DNA of 64,000 nt from an uncultured Verrucomicrobiae bacterium (GCA_963836755.1 CAWIKF010000001.1:544001-608000), one strand, 5' to 3'; numbered from the stretch's first letter, positions 50,466 to 61,570 are shown. A program made the numbers and translations. Notes: generated by a model from the sequence alone, not told the origin.

Positions 50466-51998
50466 ATGGCGAAACCTGTGATCCTGATCATCCGCGACGG
50501 CTGGGGCATCAATCCGGACGGTCGCGCCGGCGCGGAGAAAAATGGTGACGCGACGCTGCTGGCGCGGACTCCTTTTCACGATGAAATGTATGCGCGATAT
50601 CCCGGCGCGACATTGCACGCGAGCGGGCTCGATGTCGGGTTGCCGGCGGGGCAGATGGGAAACTCGGAGGTCGGCCATCTCAATCTCGGCGCGGGGCGCG
50701 TGGTCTATCAGGATTTGACGCGCATCAACAAAGCGGTCGCGGAGGGAAAGCTGCGGGAAAACGATGTTTTACAAACGGCCTTCGCGCAGGCAAAGGGGAC
50801 AAGGCTGCATTTTCTCGGGCTCGTCTCGGACGGCGGCGTGCACAGCTCGCAGGAGCATCTCATCGCGCTGGCGAAGGCGGCGCGCGAAGCGGGCGTGCGC
50901 GAGATTTTCGTCCACGCGATCACGGACGGGCGCGATTCGTCGCCGACGGGTGGCGCGAAGTTTTTGGCGCATGTTGAACAGGCGTTAAAGCCTAGCGGAG
51001 CGAAAATTTTGACGGTGATCGGCCGGTATTTTGCAATGGATCGCGATAAACGTTGGGATCGGACGAAGCTGGCGTGGGACGCGATCGTGCTCGGGCGCGG
51101 CGAGCAGTCAACCGCTGATCCGAGCGCGGCGGTTGAAGCGCGTTATGCAAAAGGCGAGACGGACGAATTTTTAAAGCCGCTGATTTTTTCGCACGCGAAC
51201 GAGCAGCGCATCCGCGACGGCGACGTGATTTTGTTCTTCAATTTTCGGGCGGATCGCGCGCGGCAGATCTCGCAAGCCTTTCTGCAAAAGGATTTCAGCG
51301 GCTTCGATCGCGAAGTGACGCCGCAAACGCATTACGTGACCCTGACGCAATACGACAAAACTTACGGCTGTCCCGCGATCTTCGAACCGCAGGAATTGAA
51401 GAACATTCTCGGCGAGGTCGTGAGCCGTGCGCGGCTGAAGCAGCTGCGGATCGCGGAGACCGAAAAGTATCCGCACGTAACTTATTTTTTCAACGGCGGC
51501 GTCGAGAAGGCGTTTGACGGCGAAGATCGCCAGATTGTCCCATCGCCGAAAGTCGCGACGTATGATTTGCAGCCGGAGATGAGCGCGCCGGAAGTGTGCA
51601 AGGAAGTTTTACAAGCGCTCCCAAATTACGATCTGATCATTTTGAACTTTGCCAATCCCGACATGGTCGGCCACACCGGCGTGGTCGCGGCGGGAATCGC
51701 CGCGGTCGAGAAGATCGATGACTGTGTTAAACAAGTGCTGACACGCGTTTTGGAGCTGCACGGCAAGGCGCTCGTCACCGCGGACCACGGCAACTGCGAG
51801 CTCATGCGCAATCCGGACGGCTCGCCGAATACTGCGCACACCACGAATCTGGTCCACCTTCTCTACGTCGCCGACGACGCACATAATCTTCGCGTGGAAG
51901 ACGGGCGGCTCGCGGACATCGCGCCGACGCTTTTGTTTTTGCTCGGGCTGCCGCAGCCGAAGGAGATGACGGGCAGAAATTTATTGGTGCCGCGCTGA
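50466..51998 (+). CDS. gpmI: 2,3-bisphosphoglycerate-independent phosphoglycerate mutase
   Basis: IRDGWG, GQMGNSEVGH, SDGGVHS, AETEKYPHVTYF, NPDMVGHTG, TADHGN. Confidence 0.96.
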   Translation: MAKPVILIIRDGWGINPDGRAGAEKNGDATLLARTPFHDEMYARYPGATLHASGLDVGLPAGQMGNSEVGHLNLGAGRVVYQDLTRINKAVAEGKLRENDVLQTAFAQAKGTRLHFLGLVSDGGVHSSQEHLIALAKAAREAGVREIFVHAITDGRDSSPTGGAKFLAHVEQALKPSGAKILTVIGRYFAMDRDKRWDRTKLAWDAIVLGRGEQSTADPSAAVEARYAKGETDEFLKPLIFSHANEQRIRDGDVILFFNFRADRARQISQAFLQKDFSGFDREVTPQTHYVTLTQYDKTYGCPAIFEPQELKNILGEVVSRARLKQLRIAETEKYPHVTYFFNGGVEKAFDGEDRQIVPSPKVATYDLQPEMSAPEVCKEVLQALPNYDLIILNFANPDMVGHTGVVAAGIAAVEKIDDCVKQVLTRVLELHGKALVTADHGNCELMRNPDGSPNTAHTTNLVHLLYVADDAHNLRVEDGRLADIAPTLLFLLGLPQPKEMTGRNLLVPR

Positions 51999-52034
51999 AC
52001 AAAATTCATCGCGCTCTGGCGGAAAAATTGCTTC

Positions 52035-53726
52035 ATGATTCGCATGCACGATTTCGCTTCCCCGATTTTTTTCCGCCCGCGCAGGGCACTATTCGCCCTC
52101 ACCGCGATTCTTGGAGTCTCGCTTTGCACCGCGCGCGCGGCGACCGTTTATTCCATCGGCGACCCGACGGACGAGGAGCAGGCGTTGCTCGAAAATCTCA
52201 ACCGCGCTCGCGCTTATCCGCAGGCCGAGGCGCTGCTGCTGAAGGCGCTCACCGATCCCGATGTGCTCGAGGCGTATTCGTATTTCGGCGTGAACCTGAA
52301 TTTGATGGTGAGCCAATACGCGAGCATCAAGGTCGCGCCGCCACTTTCCTTCAACGTGCAGTTGATGGCGTCCGCGCGCTCGCACAGCCAGGACATGCTC
52401 GAAAATGCGTTCGAGGAACACAACGGCACCGATGGCAGCGATCCCGGCACGCGGATGACGAAGGCCGGTTACAATTGGTGGACTTGCGGTGAAAACATTT
52501 TTTCCTACGGCGAATCGGTGATGCACACGCACGCGGCATTCGAGGTGGATTGGGGCACGGGCACTGGCGGAATGCAGACACCGGCCGGTCATCGCCTCAA
52601 TGATCACTACTCCACTTTCCGCGAGATCGGCATCAGCATCGTGGACGGCGAAAATCAAACCGTCGGGCCTTTGGTCGTGACTCAAGATTTTGCGGCGAAG
52701 CAAACGAACGCCCCGCTGCTGACCGGTGTCGTTTATTACGATCTCAACAGCAACGGCACGTATGACATGGGCGAGGGAGTCGGCGGCGTGCCGGTTACGA
52801 TCGATGGCGCGAACTATTCGGCGGTGACGACGAACTCCGGCGGCTACTCCATTCCGTTAAACATCGTCAACGGAAATTATTACGCATATTTCGCCGTCCC
52901 TGGCATGGCCGTTTACAAAAAAGGTTTTACGATCAGCAACCTCAACAACACGAAGCTCGACTACAAACTGACCTACACACCGCCTGCGATCACAGGCACC
53001 GCCCAGCCCGTAACCGGCCAGGCGAGCACTTACAAAATCTCCGCGGTTCCCGGCACCACCTCGTATGAATATGCCGCGTCCAAATACAGCGCCTACTCCG
53101 CGGTCGAAGGCGCGGAGAACGGTCTTACGAACGTCATCGCGACAACGACGGGCACTTACGCGGTCATCGTCAAAGACGTCCACGCGAGCGGCAACGAATC
53201 TTTCCATCTCGCGCACGCGACATTTGATCCGCAGATCCTGATGTTAAAAGCAGTGTTGCGTCCGAGCAGCTCAAGCATGCTGCAATTCAAGAGCCGCCTC
53301 GGCTGGGCGACTTCGACGCAAATCGCCGGCGCTCAAGTTTCCAGCAACGGCGTCGACTGGAAAACGGTCTGGTCGGAAGCGGGCAGCAACAGCGCTGGCG
53401 AAAAAAGTTTCACCCCGCGAAGCGTCTCGTTGTCAGCCTTCGCGGGCCAGGAGCTGCAAGTCCGCTTCGTTTACGACGTTTCCGGATCGGCTTACATCAA
53501 CACCTCCAGCGGCGTCGGACTCTATCTCGACGACATCACGATGACGAACGCGCAATCGTCGCTGCCGTTCGGCGGCCGCACACTCGGCGCCACGACTTCG
53601 TTCGCGTTCACACCCGATGTCGCGACGACGTTTGGCTTGAAAGCGCGGTCACACATCGGCAGCAGGATTTTGCCGTGGGGACCGGTGCTGGCGATCACGG
53701 CGAAGGCGGCAACAATCGTCAAATGA
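52035..53726 (+). CDS. Secreted CAP (SCP) domain protein with C-terminal beta-sandwich domains
   Basis: LNRARA, SARSHSQDM, GENI, GHRLN, REIGI; then GVVYYDLNSNGTYDMGEG; GLYLDDI. Confidence 0.8.
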   Translation: MIRMHDFASPIFFRPRRALFALTAILGVSLCTARAATVYSIGDPTDEEQALLENLNRARAYPQAEALLLKALTDPDVLEAYSYFGVNLNLMVSQYASIKVAPPLSFNVQLMASARSHSQDMLENAFEEHNGTDGSDPGTRMTKAGYNWWTCGENIFSYGESVMHTHAAFEVDWGTGTGGMQTPAGHRLNDHYSTFREIGISIVDGENQTVGPLVVTQDFAAKQTNAPLLTGVVYYDLNSNGTYDMGEGVGGVPVTIDGANYSAVTTNSGGYSIPLNIVNGNYYAYFAVPGMAVYKKGFTISNLNNTKLDYKLTYTPPAITGTAQPVTGQASTYKISAVPGTTSYEYAASKYSAYSAVEGAENGLTNVIATTTGTYAVIVKDVHASGNESFHLAHATFDPQILMLKAVLRPSSSSMLQFKSRLGWATSTQIAGAQVSSNGVDWKTVWSEAGSNSAGEKSFTPRSVSLSAFAGQELQVRFVYDVSGSAYINTSSGVGLYLDDITMTNAQSSLPFGGRTLGATTSFAFTPDVATTFGLKARSHIGSRILPWGPVLAITAKAATIVK

Positions 53727-53757
53727 AATTAAAAACGCTGCACATCCCGCGCGTTTT

Positions 53758-54816
53758 TTAAAGGCTGGGAAACAAAGAAAGCTGCGACGTCGGCACGCGA
53801 AAATCGTCGGCGGAAAGCTCGATCGGAGCATTGGTGAATCCTGCCTTGTGCCTCGCGAGCTCATACAGCGCGTGCATTTGCTGCGCGTAAAAACCTTCGC
53901 CGCGCATGCGCGAGCCAAAGTTCGGATCGTTTAATTTTCCGCCGCGCATTGCGCGCACGCGCTCAAGCACTTTCTCTTTTTGTCCCGGTGCGTGCTCATC
54001 GAGCCAGTTGCTGAAAATCGGCGCGACCGCCCACGGCAGGCGCAGCGGGACGTAGCCGCCGTCGCGCGCGCCGGCCTGCGCGGTCGCGGAAAAAATCGCC
54101 GGCAGTTCGTGGTCGTTCAAACCCGGGATGCAAGGCGCCATCAGCACTCGCACCGGAATTCCAGCTGCACTCAATTCCGAAATTGCGGCGAGCCGGCGTG
54201 ATGGAGGAGAAGCGCGCGGCTCGAGTTTTTTCGCGAGATCGGCGTCGAGAGTCGTGACAGAAATATTGACGACGACCGAGTGAAATTTCGCAAGCTCCGC
54301 GAGCAAATCGATGTCGCGCGTGACGAGATGATTTTTCGTGATGATGGCGAGAGGGTTGCGAAATTCCGCGAGCACGGCGATGCAGCGCCGCGTGATTTCC
54401 AGCTTCCGCTCGATCGCCTGGTAGCAATCGGTCACACCGCTCATCACCAGCGTTTGCGGCTCCCACGATTTTTTGGAGAGCGCATCGCGCAGCAGCTCGG
54501 GCGCGTTTTCTTTCACCATGATTTTGCTTTCAAAATCGAGCCCGGCGCTGAAGCCGAGATATTCGTGCGTCGGCCGCGCGAAGCAATAGGCGCAGCCGTG
54601 CTCGCAGCCGCGGTAGGGATTCAGCGACGTCTCGAAACCGACGTCCGGGCTGTTGTTGCGCGTGATGATCGACTGCGTCGCGTCGGGAAAAAATTGGGTG
54701 CGCAGCGGCGGCGCGTCGGGATCGGGTTCAGCTGGGTCAGCGACGCACTCGAGTTTCTCGAAACGGTTTTTCGGGTTAGATCCGGCGCCGCGCGCACTTG
54801 TTGCCCGCGTGTTCAT
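53758..54816 (-). CDS. Radical SAM protein (PA0069 / SPL-like family)
   Basis: NPYRGCEHGCAYCFARPTHEY, VTDCYQ, LEPRAS. Confidence 0.9.
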   Translation of the reverse strand: MNTRATSARGAGSNPKNRFEKLECVADPAEPDPDAPPLRTQFFPDATQSIITRNNSPDVGFETSLNPYRGCEHGCAYCFARPTHEYLGFSAGLDFESKIMVKENAPELLRDALSKKSWEPQTLVMSGVTDCYQAIERKLEITRRCIAVLAEFRNPLAIITKNHLVTRDIDLLAELAKFHSVVVNISVTTLDADLAKKLEPRASPPSRRLAAISELSAAGIPVRVLMAPCIPGLNDHELPAIFSATAQAGARDGGYVPLRLPWAVAPIFSNWLDEHAPGQKEKVLERVRAMRGGKLNDPNFGSRMRGEGFYAQQMHALYELARHKAGFTNAPIELSADDFRVPTSQLSLFPSL

Positions 54817-54847
54817 CCGAACACTAAACGGCCTGCGCCCGCTCGAG

Positions 54848-55423
54848 TCAAACAGCGTATGATGGCTCGTTGCCGGCGCGCCATTTGATGTTGCAGCCGA
54901 TGCTCGGCTTTTGCAGAACGTTAACGGGCTGTTGCGCGAGCGCGGCATCGATCGCAGCGCGCAGATCTGCGCCGGTCGGCGGATCTTGCCGCGGGCGCGT
55001 GTCGTCGAGCTGACCGCGATACACGAGTTTTCGGTTTTGATCGAAAAGGAAAAAGTCGGGCGTGCACGCGGCGCTATAACTTTTCGCCACCGCCTGGCTT
55101 TCGTCGTGACAATACGGAAATGAAAAGTGCATTTGCCGCGCGAGCGTTCTCATTTTTCCCGGCGAATCGTCGGGATGCGTCGTGACGTCGTTTGAGCTGA
55201 TGGCGACGACGCCGAGGCCGTCGGCGTAATCGCGCGCGATGCGGATCAATTCCTCGCGCACGTGGATGACGTAGGGACAGTGATTGCAGATGAACATCAC
55301 GAGCAGCGCTTTTTTTTCCGCAAAATCCGCGAGCGAAATGGTGCGACCGCTCGCAACGTCGGGCAGCGAAAAATCGGGCGCCGTCGTGCCGAGCGCGAGC
55401 ATCATGGAAGAAGTTTTGGACAT
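54848..55423 (-). CDS. Thioredoxin-fold (AhpC/TSA-like) protein
   Basis: MFICNHCPYV, AACTPDFFLF, YRGQLDD, PSIGCNIKW. Confidence 0.9.
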   Translation of the reverse strand: MSKTSSMMLALGTTAPDFSLPDVASGRTISLADFAEKKALLVMFICNHCPYVIHVREELIRIARDYADGLGVVAISSNDVTTHPDDSPGKMRTLARQMHFSFPYCHDESQAVAKSYSAACTPDFFLFDQNRKLVYRGQLDDTRPRQDPPTGADLRAAIDAALAQQPVNVLQKPSIGCNIKWRAGNEPSYAV

Positions 55424-55520
55424 GCGAGAAATGTTCCGCCGAAGCGTGCGGAATGTCGAGGCACGGGAAAACTTCCATTTTGCGGTTGCCTCGCGCGAGG
55501 GCATTTGCAGACTGCGAGCG

Positions 55521-55880
55521 ATGGAGACATTGCTGACCACGCCGACGAAGGACGAGCGCACATGGGCGATGGTCGCGCACTTGAGCGCGTTTTGCGGGCA
55601 CTTTATTCCGTTCGGACACATCGTCGGGCCGCTTCTGATCTGGATTTTGAAGAAAGATTCGCTCCCGCTGGTGAACGATCAGGGAAAGGAGGCGATGAAT
55701 TTTCAGATTACCTACACGATTTATTTCATTGTCGCCGGCGTGCTCTGCTTTGTTTTCATCGGTTGCATCATTCTGCCGATCATCTGGATCATCTATCTCA
55801 TCCTCATCATCATCGCGGCGGTGCGGGCGAATGAGGGAATCAGCTACCGCTATCCGGCGACGCTTCGGTTTCTTTGCTGA
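55521..55880 (+). CDS. DUF4870 membrane protein
   Basis: ERTWAMVAHLS, GPLLIWILKKD, GKEAMNFQIT, YRYP. Confidence 0.88.
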   Translation: METLLTTPTKDERTWAMVAHLSAFCGHFIPFGHIVGPLLIWILKKDSLPLVNDQGKEAMNFQITYTIYFIVAGVLCFVFIGCIILPIIWIIYLILIIIAAVRANEGISYRYPATLRFLC

Positions 55881-55965
55881 CGAAATTGGGCCTCGAATAA
55901 GGTCAGCTCGGACGCGCACCCCATAGCACGTCCGAGCCTTAACCCTAACCCAACAAAAACAGATT

Positions 55966-56001
55966 ACGTCAGCCGGCCTTCCGGCGCGCGTCTTTTTTTT
56001 T
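55966..56001 (+). terminator. Possible intrinsic terminator upstream of leuS
   Basis: ACG..GCCGG-cctt-CCGGC..CGT followed by T9. Confidence 0.5.
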
Positions 56002-56059
56002 GCGGATAAATACGCGCTTCCGCTGCGAGCATTCCGCGTCTATTTTTCCGACCCGCAAA

Positions 56060-58813
56060 ATGAGCGACCGCCGCAAACCGTATCCGTTTGACCGCATCGA
56101 CGCCCGCTGGCAGGCGCGGTGGGAAAGCGAGCAGACCTTTCACGCGCCGAATCCCGGCGAGCCCGGGTTCGATCCGACGCTGCCAAAATTCTACGTGCTC
56201 GATATGTTCCCGTATCCGAGCGGCGCGGGTCTCCACGTCGGCCATCCGATCGGCTACCTCGCGACAGACATCCTCGCGCGCTACAAAAAAATGCGCGGCT
56301 GCAACGTCATGCATCCGATGGGTTGGGATGCATTCGGTCTGCCCGCGGAGCAATACGCCATCAAGACGGGCCAGCATCCCGCGGTCACGACCGCGCGAAA
56401 CATTGCCGGCTTTAAGGGGCAGCTCCAGCGCATCGGGCTCGCGTATGATTGGGCGCGCGAGGTCAATACCACCGATTCGGGTTATCTTCGCTGGACGCAG
56501 TGGATCTTTTTGAAAATTTACGACTCGTGGTTTGATCCGGAGCAAAACAAAGCTCGTCCGATCTCCGAGCTGGTCGAGAATTTGAAATCAAAGTTCGCGG
56601 ATCCCGTTGAATTGCGCCGCGAAGTGGATGCCCACCGCCTCGCTTACGTCTCCGAGGCACCGGTAAATTGGTGCCCGGCCCTCGGCACCGTCCTCGCGAA
56701 CGAAGAAGTGATCGACGGCAAGAGCGAAGTCGGCGGCCATCCCGTCGAACGCCGACCGATGCGCCAGTGGATGCTTCGCATCACCGCTTATGCGCAGCGG
56801 CTGATCGACGAACTCGACGGCTTGGATTGGCCCGAAGGGATCAAACTTTTGCAAAAAAACTGGATTGGCCGCAGCGAAGGCGCCGAGGTTCGGTTTGAAA
56901 TCGATGTGGCTGCGCCGAAACCAGCAGGCGATGAGCCGGCTCTCCCCGGTATCCCGGTTTTCACCACGCGGCCCGACACTCTTTTCGGCGCGACCTACAT
57001 GGTGCTCGCGCCGGAGCATCGGCTCGTCGAGCAAATCAGCACCGAAGAACAATGGCCCGCTGTTCGCGACTACCGCGAGCGCACCGCGCGCAAGAGCGAC
57101 CTTGATCGCACCGAGCTGGCCAAGGAAAAAACCGGCGTCTTCACGGGCGGATCCGCGATTAACCCGGTCAACGGCGAGCGCATCCCGATCTGGATCGCCG
57201 ATTATGTCCTGCCCGGTTACGGCACCGGCGCGATCATGGCCGTCCCCGCGCACGACGAGCGCGATTGCGAATTTGCGAAAAAGTTCGACCTGCCTATCCG
57301 CGAAGTAGTCGCTCCCATCACATCCGCGCCCGTGACGACGAATCCCGAAAAGGCCTGTTTTGCCGGCGAGGGCGTTGCCATCAATTCCCAGATCCTCGAT
57401 GGCTTGCCCACGACCGAGGCCAAGAAACGCATCGCCGAATGGCTGGAAGAGCGCGGGCTTGGTAAAAAGACGATCAATTACAAATTGCGCGACTGGCTTT
57501 TCTCCCGCCAACGCTATTGGGGTGAGCCGTTTCCGATTGTCTGGGAAACCGGAGCCGATGGGCAGTTGCACCACCGCGCATTGGCGGAAACCGAGCTGCC
57601 GCTGCTCCCGCCGGAACTCGACGACTTCAAACCGACCGGCACGGGCGAGCCGCCGCTTGCGAAGGCGGTGGATTGGATTCGCTACTCCGACACCGCGACC
57701 CGCGAGACGAACACCATGCCGCAATGGGCCGGCTCGTGCTGGTATTACCTCCGCTATTGCGATCCGCGGAACGAGGCGCGCTTCGTCGGGGTCGAGGCTG
57801 AGCGATACTGGATGGGTGCTTTGGGTTCGAAACCCGGGAATTTGGATGCTGAGGGCCGGGCTATGGATTCAAAGTTTCAACCTGCGGGTTCAAATGTTCG
57901 ATCCTCGGATGCAAATCCTCATCCTGGCGGCGTCGATCTTTATGTCGGCGGGACCGAACACGCGGTGTTGCATCTCCTTTACGCCCGCTTTTGGCACAAA
58001 GTCCTCCACGATCTCGGCTACCTGAGCACGCGCGAGCCATTCCAGCGCCTCGTCAATCAAGGCCTAATCCTGGGCGAAGATGGGCAGAAGATGAGCAAGT
58101 CTCGCGGCAATGTGGTCAATCCCGACGACGTGATCGCCGAATACGGCGCGGATGCGTTCCGCTGTTATGAGATGTTTATGGGGCCGCTGGAGCAGATGAA
58201 GCCTTGGTCGATGACCGGCGTGGAGGGCGTGTCGAGGTTTCTCGCGCGCGTGTGGCGGCTGGTGATAGAGGAAAACCAGTCTGGCGAATGGGTGCTGTCG
58301 GCCGCCGTGCAAGATGCGCCGCTCGAGAAAGCGCAGTTGAAGGTGATGCACGCGGCGATCAAGAAGGTGACCGCGGACATCGAGGCGCTGAGTTTTAACA
58401 CGGCGATTTCGGAGTTGATGATCTATGTGAACGCGTTTGTGAACGCGCCGGTGAAGCCGTTGGCAGCATTGCGGACGCTGTTGGTGCTGCTGAATCCGTT
58501 CGCGCCGCATCTGACGGAGGAGCTTTGGGAGATTTTGGATTCGAAGTTCGCCGAGGCGAATCAAAGACCGTTGCTCTGCGAGCAAAAGTGGCCCGAGTGG
58601 GATGAAAGTTTCCTCGTGGAGGATGAAATCGACATACCGGTGCAGGTGAACGGCAAGCTGCGCGACAAAATTACCGTCAAAAAAGACGCAACCAACGCTG
58701 AAGTCGAAGCGCAGGCGCTTGCTGCACCAAAAATTGCCGAGCACACAGCCGGGAAAACCATCCGCAAAGTTGTGGTCGTCCGCGGCAAACTCGTCAACGT
58801 CGTCGCCGCCTAG
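56060..58813 (+). CDS. leuS: Leucine--tRNA ligase
   Basis: [14 protein letters not shown] (HIGH motif), FTTRPDT, SRQRYWG, KMSKS. Confidence 0.97.
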   Translation: MSDRRKPYPFDRIDARWQARWESEQTFHAPNPGEPGFDPTLPKFYVLDMFPYPSGAGLHVGHPIGYLATDILARYKKMRGCNVMHPMGWDAFGLPAEQYAIKTGQHPAVTTARNIAGFKGQLQRIGLAYDWAREVNTTDSGYLRWTQWIFLKIYDSWFDPEQNKARPISELVENLKSKFADPVELRREVDAHRLAYVSEAPVNWCPALGTVLANEEVIDGKSEVGGHPVERRPMRQWMLRITAYAQRLIDELDGLDWPEGIKLLQKNWIGRSEGAEVRFEIDVAAPKPAGDEPALPGIPVFTTRPDTLFGATYMVLAPEHRLVEQISTEEQWPAVRDYRERTARKSDLDRTELAKEKTGVFTGGSAINPVNGERIPIWIADYVLPGYGTGAIMAVPAHDERDCEFAKKFDLPIREVVAPITSAPVTTNPEKACFAGEGVAINSQILDGLPTTEAKKRIAEWLEERGLGKKTINYKLRDWLFSRQRYWGEPFPIVWETGADGQLHHRALAETELPLLPPELDDFKPTGTGEPPLAKAVDWIRYSDTATRETNTMPQWAGSCWYYLRYCDPRNEARFVGVEAERYWMGALGSKPGNLDAEGRAMDSKFQPAGSNVRSSDANPHPGGVDLYVGGTEHAVLHLLYARFWHKVLHDLGYLSTREPFQRLVNQGLILGEDGQKMSKSRGNVVNPDDVIAEYGADAFRCYEMFMGPLEQMKPWSMTGVEGVSRFLARVWRLVIEENQSGEWVLSAAVQDAPLEKAQLKVMHAAIKKVTADIEALSFNTAISELMIYVNAFVNAPVKPLAALRTLLVLLNPFAPHLTEELWEILDSKFAEANQRPLLCEQKWPEWDESFLVEDEIDIPVQVNGKLRDKITVKKDATNAEVEAQALAAPKIAEHTAGKTIRKVVVVRGKLVNVVAA
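57821..57925 (+). repeat. Five degenerate in-frame 21-bp units inside leuS
   Basis: ttgggttcgaaacccgggaat / ttggatgctgagggccgggct / atggattcaaagtttcaacct / gcgggttcaaatgttcgatcc / tcggatgcaaatcctcatcct. Confidence 0.6.
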
Positions 58814-59781
58814 CGGCGAAAGCGCCGCGCGAAACCTGCGAGCACCATGCAGCCCGCGGTGAGCTGAATCGCACTCGGCGGCTCGGGAATGACGGCGTTA
58901 ATCTGCGAGGCGTATTGCGAAAGGTCGGCCGCGGAAGTTTGATCGCCGAAGACGGATGACCCGGGCGGCTGTCCGCTGAAGCCACTCGTGGAGACGAGGA
59001 TGCCCGCGAGCTCCCAGCCGGAGCCGGTTTTGTAAAAAACCGCGCCGCCGGAGTCGCCGGGCGCGGCCTGCGCTTCGCCGGTGTTGTTGTCGAAGGTGGT
59101 GTAAAGAGTTTTCACCGTCCCGTAGCCGTCGTCGATCGTCGCAGTGCCGGTGAGATTGTTCGTCCCCCAGCGGAGCGCCTGTCCGCTTCCCTGTTTGTAA
59201 CCGTAGTAACTGTAATTGCTGCTCGTCGATTCGGTCCAGGTCCAGGGGCTCGTGGATTTGTCGACGCTCCAATAGGTGAGGAAGTCCGCGCGGTTGATGC
59301 CGTTGCCCATGAGAACGAGCGGCGCGTTTGCCGGCGGCGCCGTGCTGGCGATGGTGAGCGATGGGATTCCCGCAGGAATAGTGGTGAGCTGGAAAAGCGC
59401 GAGGTCGGTCGGCGTCCCATTGTTTGTCAGGCGGACGGCGGTGGAGGCGTTGACGGAATATGCGTTGCCGTCGAGCGATACGCCGCCAAAGGAGAAGCCC
59501 GTGCTGCTGGAGTTGTCCGAGCCGTTGCGCACTTCATGATACGCGCTGATCATCCAGCCGTTTCCGAGGTAGACGCCGCTGGTGTTGAAGCCGTCCTCGG
59601 AGTCGTAAACCAACCCGACGTTTTCAAAGCCGAAGTCATCCGCCGGAGCGGATGTGTAGGTGGCGTCGTTGTAAGTGCCACTGCCCGCCGCGTCCACCAC
59701 AGCAAACGCATGAGGCGCGAGCGCGGCGAGGCCTGCGATCCATAGCGACTTCTTAAAAAGCACCCGCAAAAAGTGCAGCAA
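58810..59781 (-). CDS. Trypsin-like serine protease with PEP-CTERM sorting signal
   Basis: ISAYH (His), TDLALF (Asp), GDSGG (Ser); ends VIPEP + hydrophobic stretch + RRFRR. Start uncertain. Confidence 0.85.
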   Translation of the reverse strand: MLHFLRVLFKKSLWIAGLAALAPHAFAVVDAAGSGTYNDATYTSAPADDFGFENVGLVYDSEDGFNTSGVYLGNGWMISAYHEVRNGSDNSSSTGFSFGGVSLDGNAYSVNASTAVRLTNNGTPTDLALFQLTTIPAGIPSLTIASTAPPANAPLVLMGNGINRADFLTYWSVDKSTSPWTWTESTSSNYSYYGYKQGSGQALRWGTNNLTGTATIDDGYGTVKTLYTTFDNNTGEAQAAPGDSGGAVFYKTGSGWELAGILVSTSGFSGQPPGSSVFGDQTSAADLSQYASQINAVIPEPPSAIQLTAGCMVLAGFARRFRR

Positions 59782-59839
59782 AAGCTCGCGCGGTCAAGGG
59801 CGCTTTCGCCCCAAAATTAGCAAAACGTTGGGCCGTTTT

Positions 59840-59983
59840 CTAGACTCTTCGTCCCGTCACAAAGTGCAGGATAAAGACGATCAGCGCGATGACGAGGAGG
59901 AGGTGAATCAAACCTCCCGCAACATGCAAGGCAAAGCCGCCGCCCCAAAGAATCAACAGGATAATGGCAAGAATGAGTAACAT
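59840..59983 (-). CDS. lmo0937/DUF5670-family small membrane protein (47 aa; absent from the ORF track)
   Basis: MLLILAIILLILWGGGFALHVAGGLIHLLLVIALIVFILHFVTGRRV; GGAG RBS upstream. Confidence 0.85.
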   Translation of the reverse strand: MLLILAIILLILWGGGFALHVAGGLIHLLLVIALIVFILHFVTGRRV

Positions 59984-60007
59984 AATGGTCTCCTTTGTAT
60001 CTCGGTT

Positions 60008-60502
60008 TTATTTCGAAGCAGCCGCGACGTTGATGACTGATTTGGCGAGCTTCGACAACTTCTTGTCGGTCGCTGCTTCCTCGTTCAGCGTTTGCTGCAA
60101 AAGCTGTGCACCTTCCTTGTCCTTGAGCAAATCCGCATACGTGCGGACGCAGCCGTAGCCGGCTATTTCGTAATGCTCGACGCGCTGCGCGGCAGAAATC
60201 AGCCCGGCATCGCGCACTTCGTCGTCGCCTTCTTTTTCAATCATCTCCGCACCTTCTTCGAGCACACCTTCCATTCCCTTGCACTTCGGGCCGCGAGTGG
60301 TTTCGTCGTGGCTCTCGAGAATTTTTTCGAGGCGTGCGGCGTGTTCCTTCGTCTCCTCGAGGTGCATCTTGAAGCCTTCCGCGAGTTGCGGGTTTGAGGC
60401 CGCCTTGACCATCTTTGGCAGCGCCTTGATGATTTGCTTTTCAGCGCTGTAGAGGTCTTTGAGTTCGGTGACGTAAAGGTCTTTGAGGGTTTCTAACTCC
60501 AT
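60008..60502 (-). CDS. YciF/DUF892 ferritin-like stress protein
   Basis: LKDLYSAEKQ, HLEET, CKGMEG, AAQRVEHYEIAGYG. Confidence 0.92.
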   Translation of the reverse strand: MELETLKDLYVTELKDLYSAEKQIIKALPKMVKAASNPQLAEGFKMHLEETKEHAARLEKILESHDETTRGPKCKGMEGVLEEGAEMIEKEGDDEVRDAGLISAAQRVEHYEIAGYGCVRTYADLLKDKEGAQLLQQTLNEEAATDKKLSKLAKSVINVAAASK

Positions 60503-60611
60503 AAGTTTTGTTTTTTCGGTGGTGCTTGTTTTCTTTGTCGCCGCGCATTTTGGCGGCACAGACGATACGGAACGTTGTGTAAAAGCGGCTGTGTCGATTT
60601 TTTAAACATTG

Positions 60612-61529
60612 ATGGAATCTCCCGATGAAATGCATGCGACCTCGCGCCGCGGTCGCGAGCTGAGCGTGGTCGGTCGCTACGCATCGCGCTCGGCCGCTTA
60701 CGAACGCGCACTGGTGGTGCTCGCGATGGAAATTCCGCATTGGATCATCCGCGACAGCGGGACGTTTCAGCTCTGCGTCGAGCCGCCGCGCGCAGCCGCC
60801 GTGCTCGCGGAGCTGGAGAAATTTGAGCGCGAGCGCGTCGCCGACGCTGCGGCGCCGGAGCCGGTGGAAAAAACTTCCACGCACTCTCTTTTCGCCGCCG
60901 CGGCAGTGATGGCACTTTTCTTTGCGTTGCAAAACATCGGTCCCGCGTGGCTGGAAGATGCGGGTGCGAGCGACAGCGCGCGCGTGCTGCATGGCGAATG
61001 GTGGCGCGTGCTCACGGCGCTGACTTTGCACGCGGATTTTTCGCACATCGGCGCGAACCTTGCCGCCGGGCTCGTCCTCGCCGCGTTCCTGCTGCCGCTC
61101 TTCGGCGCCGGCTGGACTTGGCTCGGCATTTTGCTCAGCGGCGCGCTCGGCAACTGGCTCAACGCCTGGGGCCATCGCGGCGAAATGCAAAACTCGATCG
61201 GCTCATCGACTGCGGTCTTCGGCGCGCTCGGACTTTTGGTCAGCGCGCAAATCGTCTCGCGGATTTTCGCGCTACGAAAAATCTCCACGCGGGATGTGCT
61301 GCTGCCGCTCGGCGCGGCGCTCGCGCTGCTTGCGTATCTCGGCGTCGGCGATGCACAGACCGATTTCACCGCGCATTTTTTCGGGCTGCTCGCCGGCCTG
61401 CCGCTCGGTGCGGCGGCGCTCGCGCTGCGATTGAAACAGCGCACGCCGCCCGCGGCGCAACTTGCGCTCGGTCTCGCCGCGCCCGCGTTGCTCGTGCTCG
61501 CGTGGGCATTCGCAATCGCACACGCGTGA
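60612..61529 (+). CDS. Rhomboid-family intramembrane serine protease
   Basis: GEWWRVLTALTLH, HIGAN, IGSSTAVFG, AHFFG. Confidence 0.88.
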   Translation: MESPDEMHATSRRGRELSVVGRYASRSAAYERALVVLAMEIPHWIIRDSGTFQLCVEPPRAAAVLAELEKFERERVADAAAPEPVEKTSTHSLFAAAAVMALFFALQNIGPAWLEDAGASDSARVLHGEWWRVLTALTLHADFSHIGANLAAGLVLAAFLLPLFGAGWTWLGILLSGALGNWLNAWGHRGEMQNSIGSSTAVFGALGLLVSAQIVSRIFALRKISTRDVLLPLGAALALLAYLGVGDAQTDFTAHFFGLLAGLPLGAAALALRLKQRTPPAAQLALGLAAPALLVLAWAFAIAHA

Positions 61530-61570
61530 TTGCTTTCCGATCCGAGCTTCGTGCATTTTGACGCTCCCGC

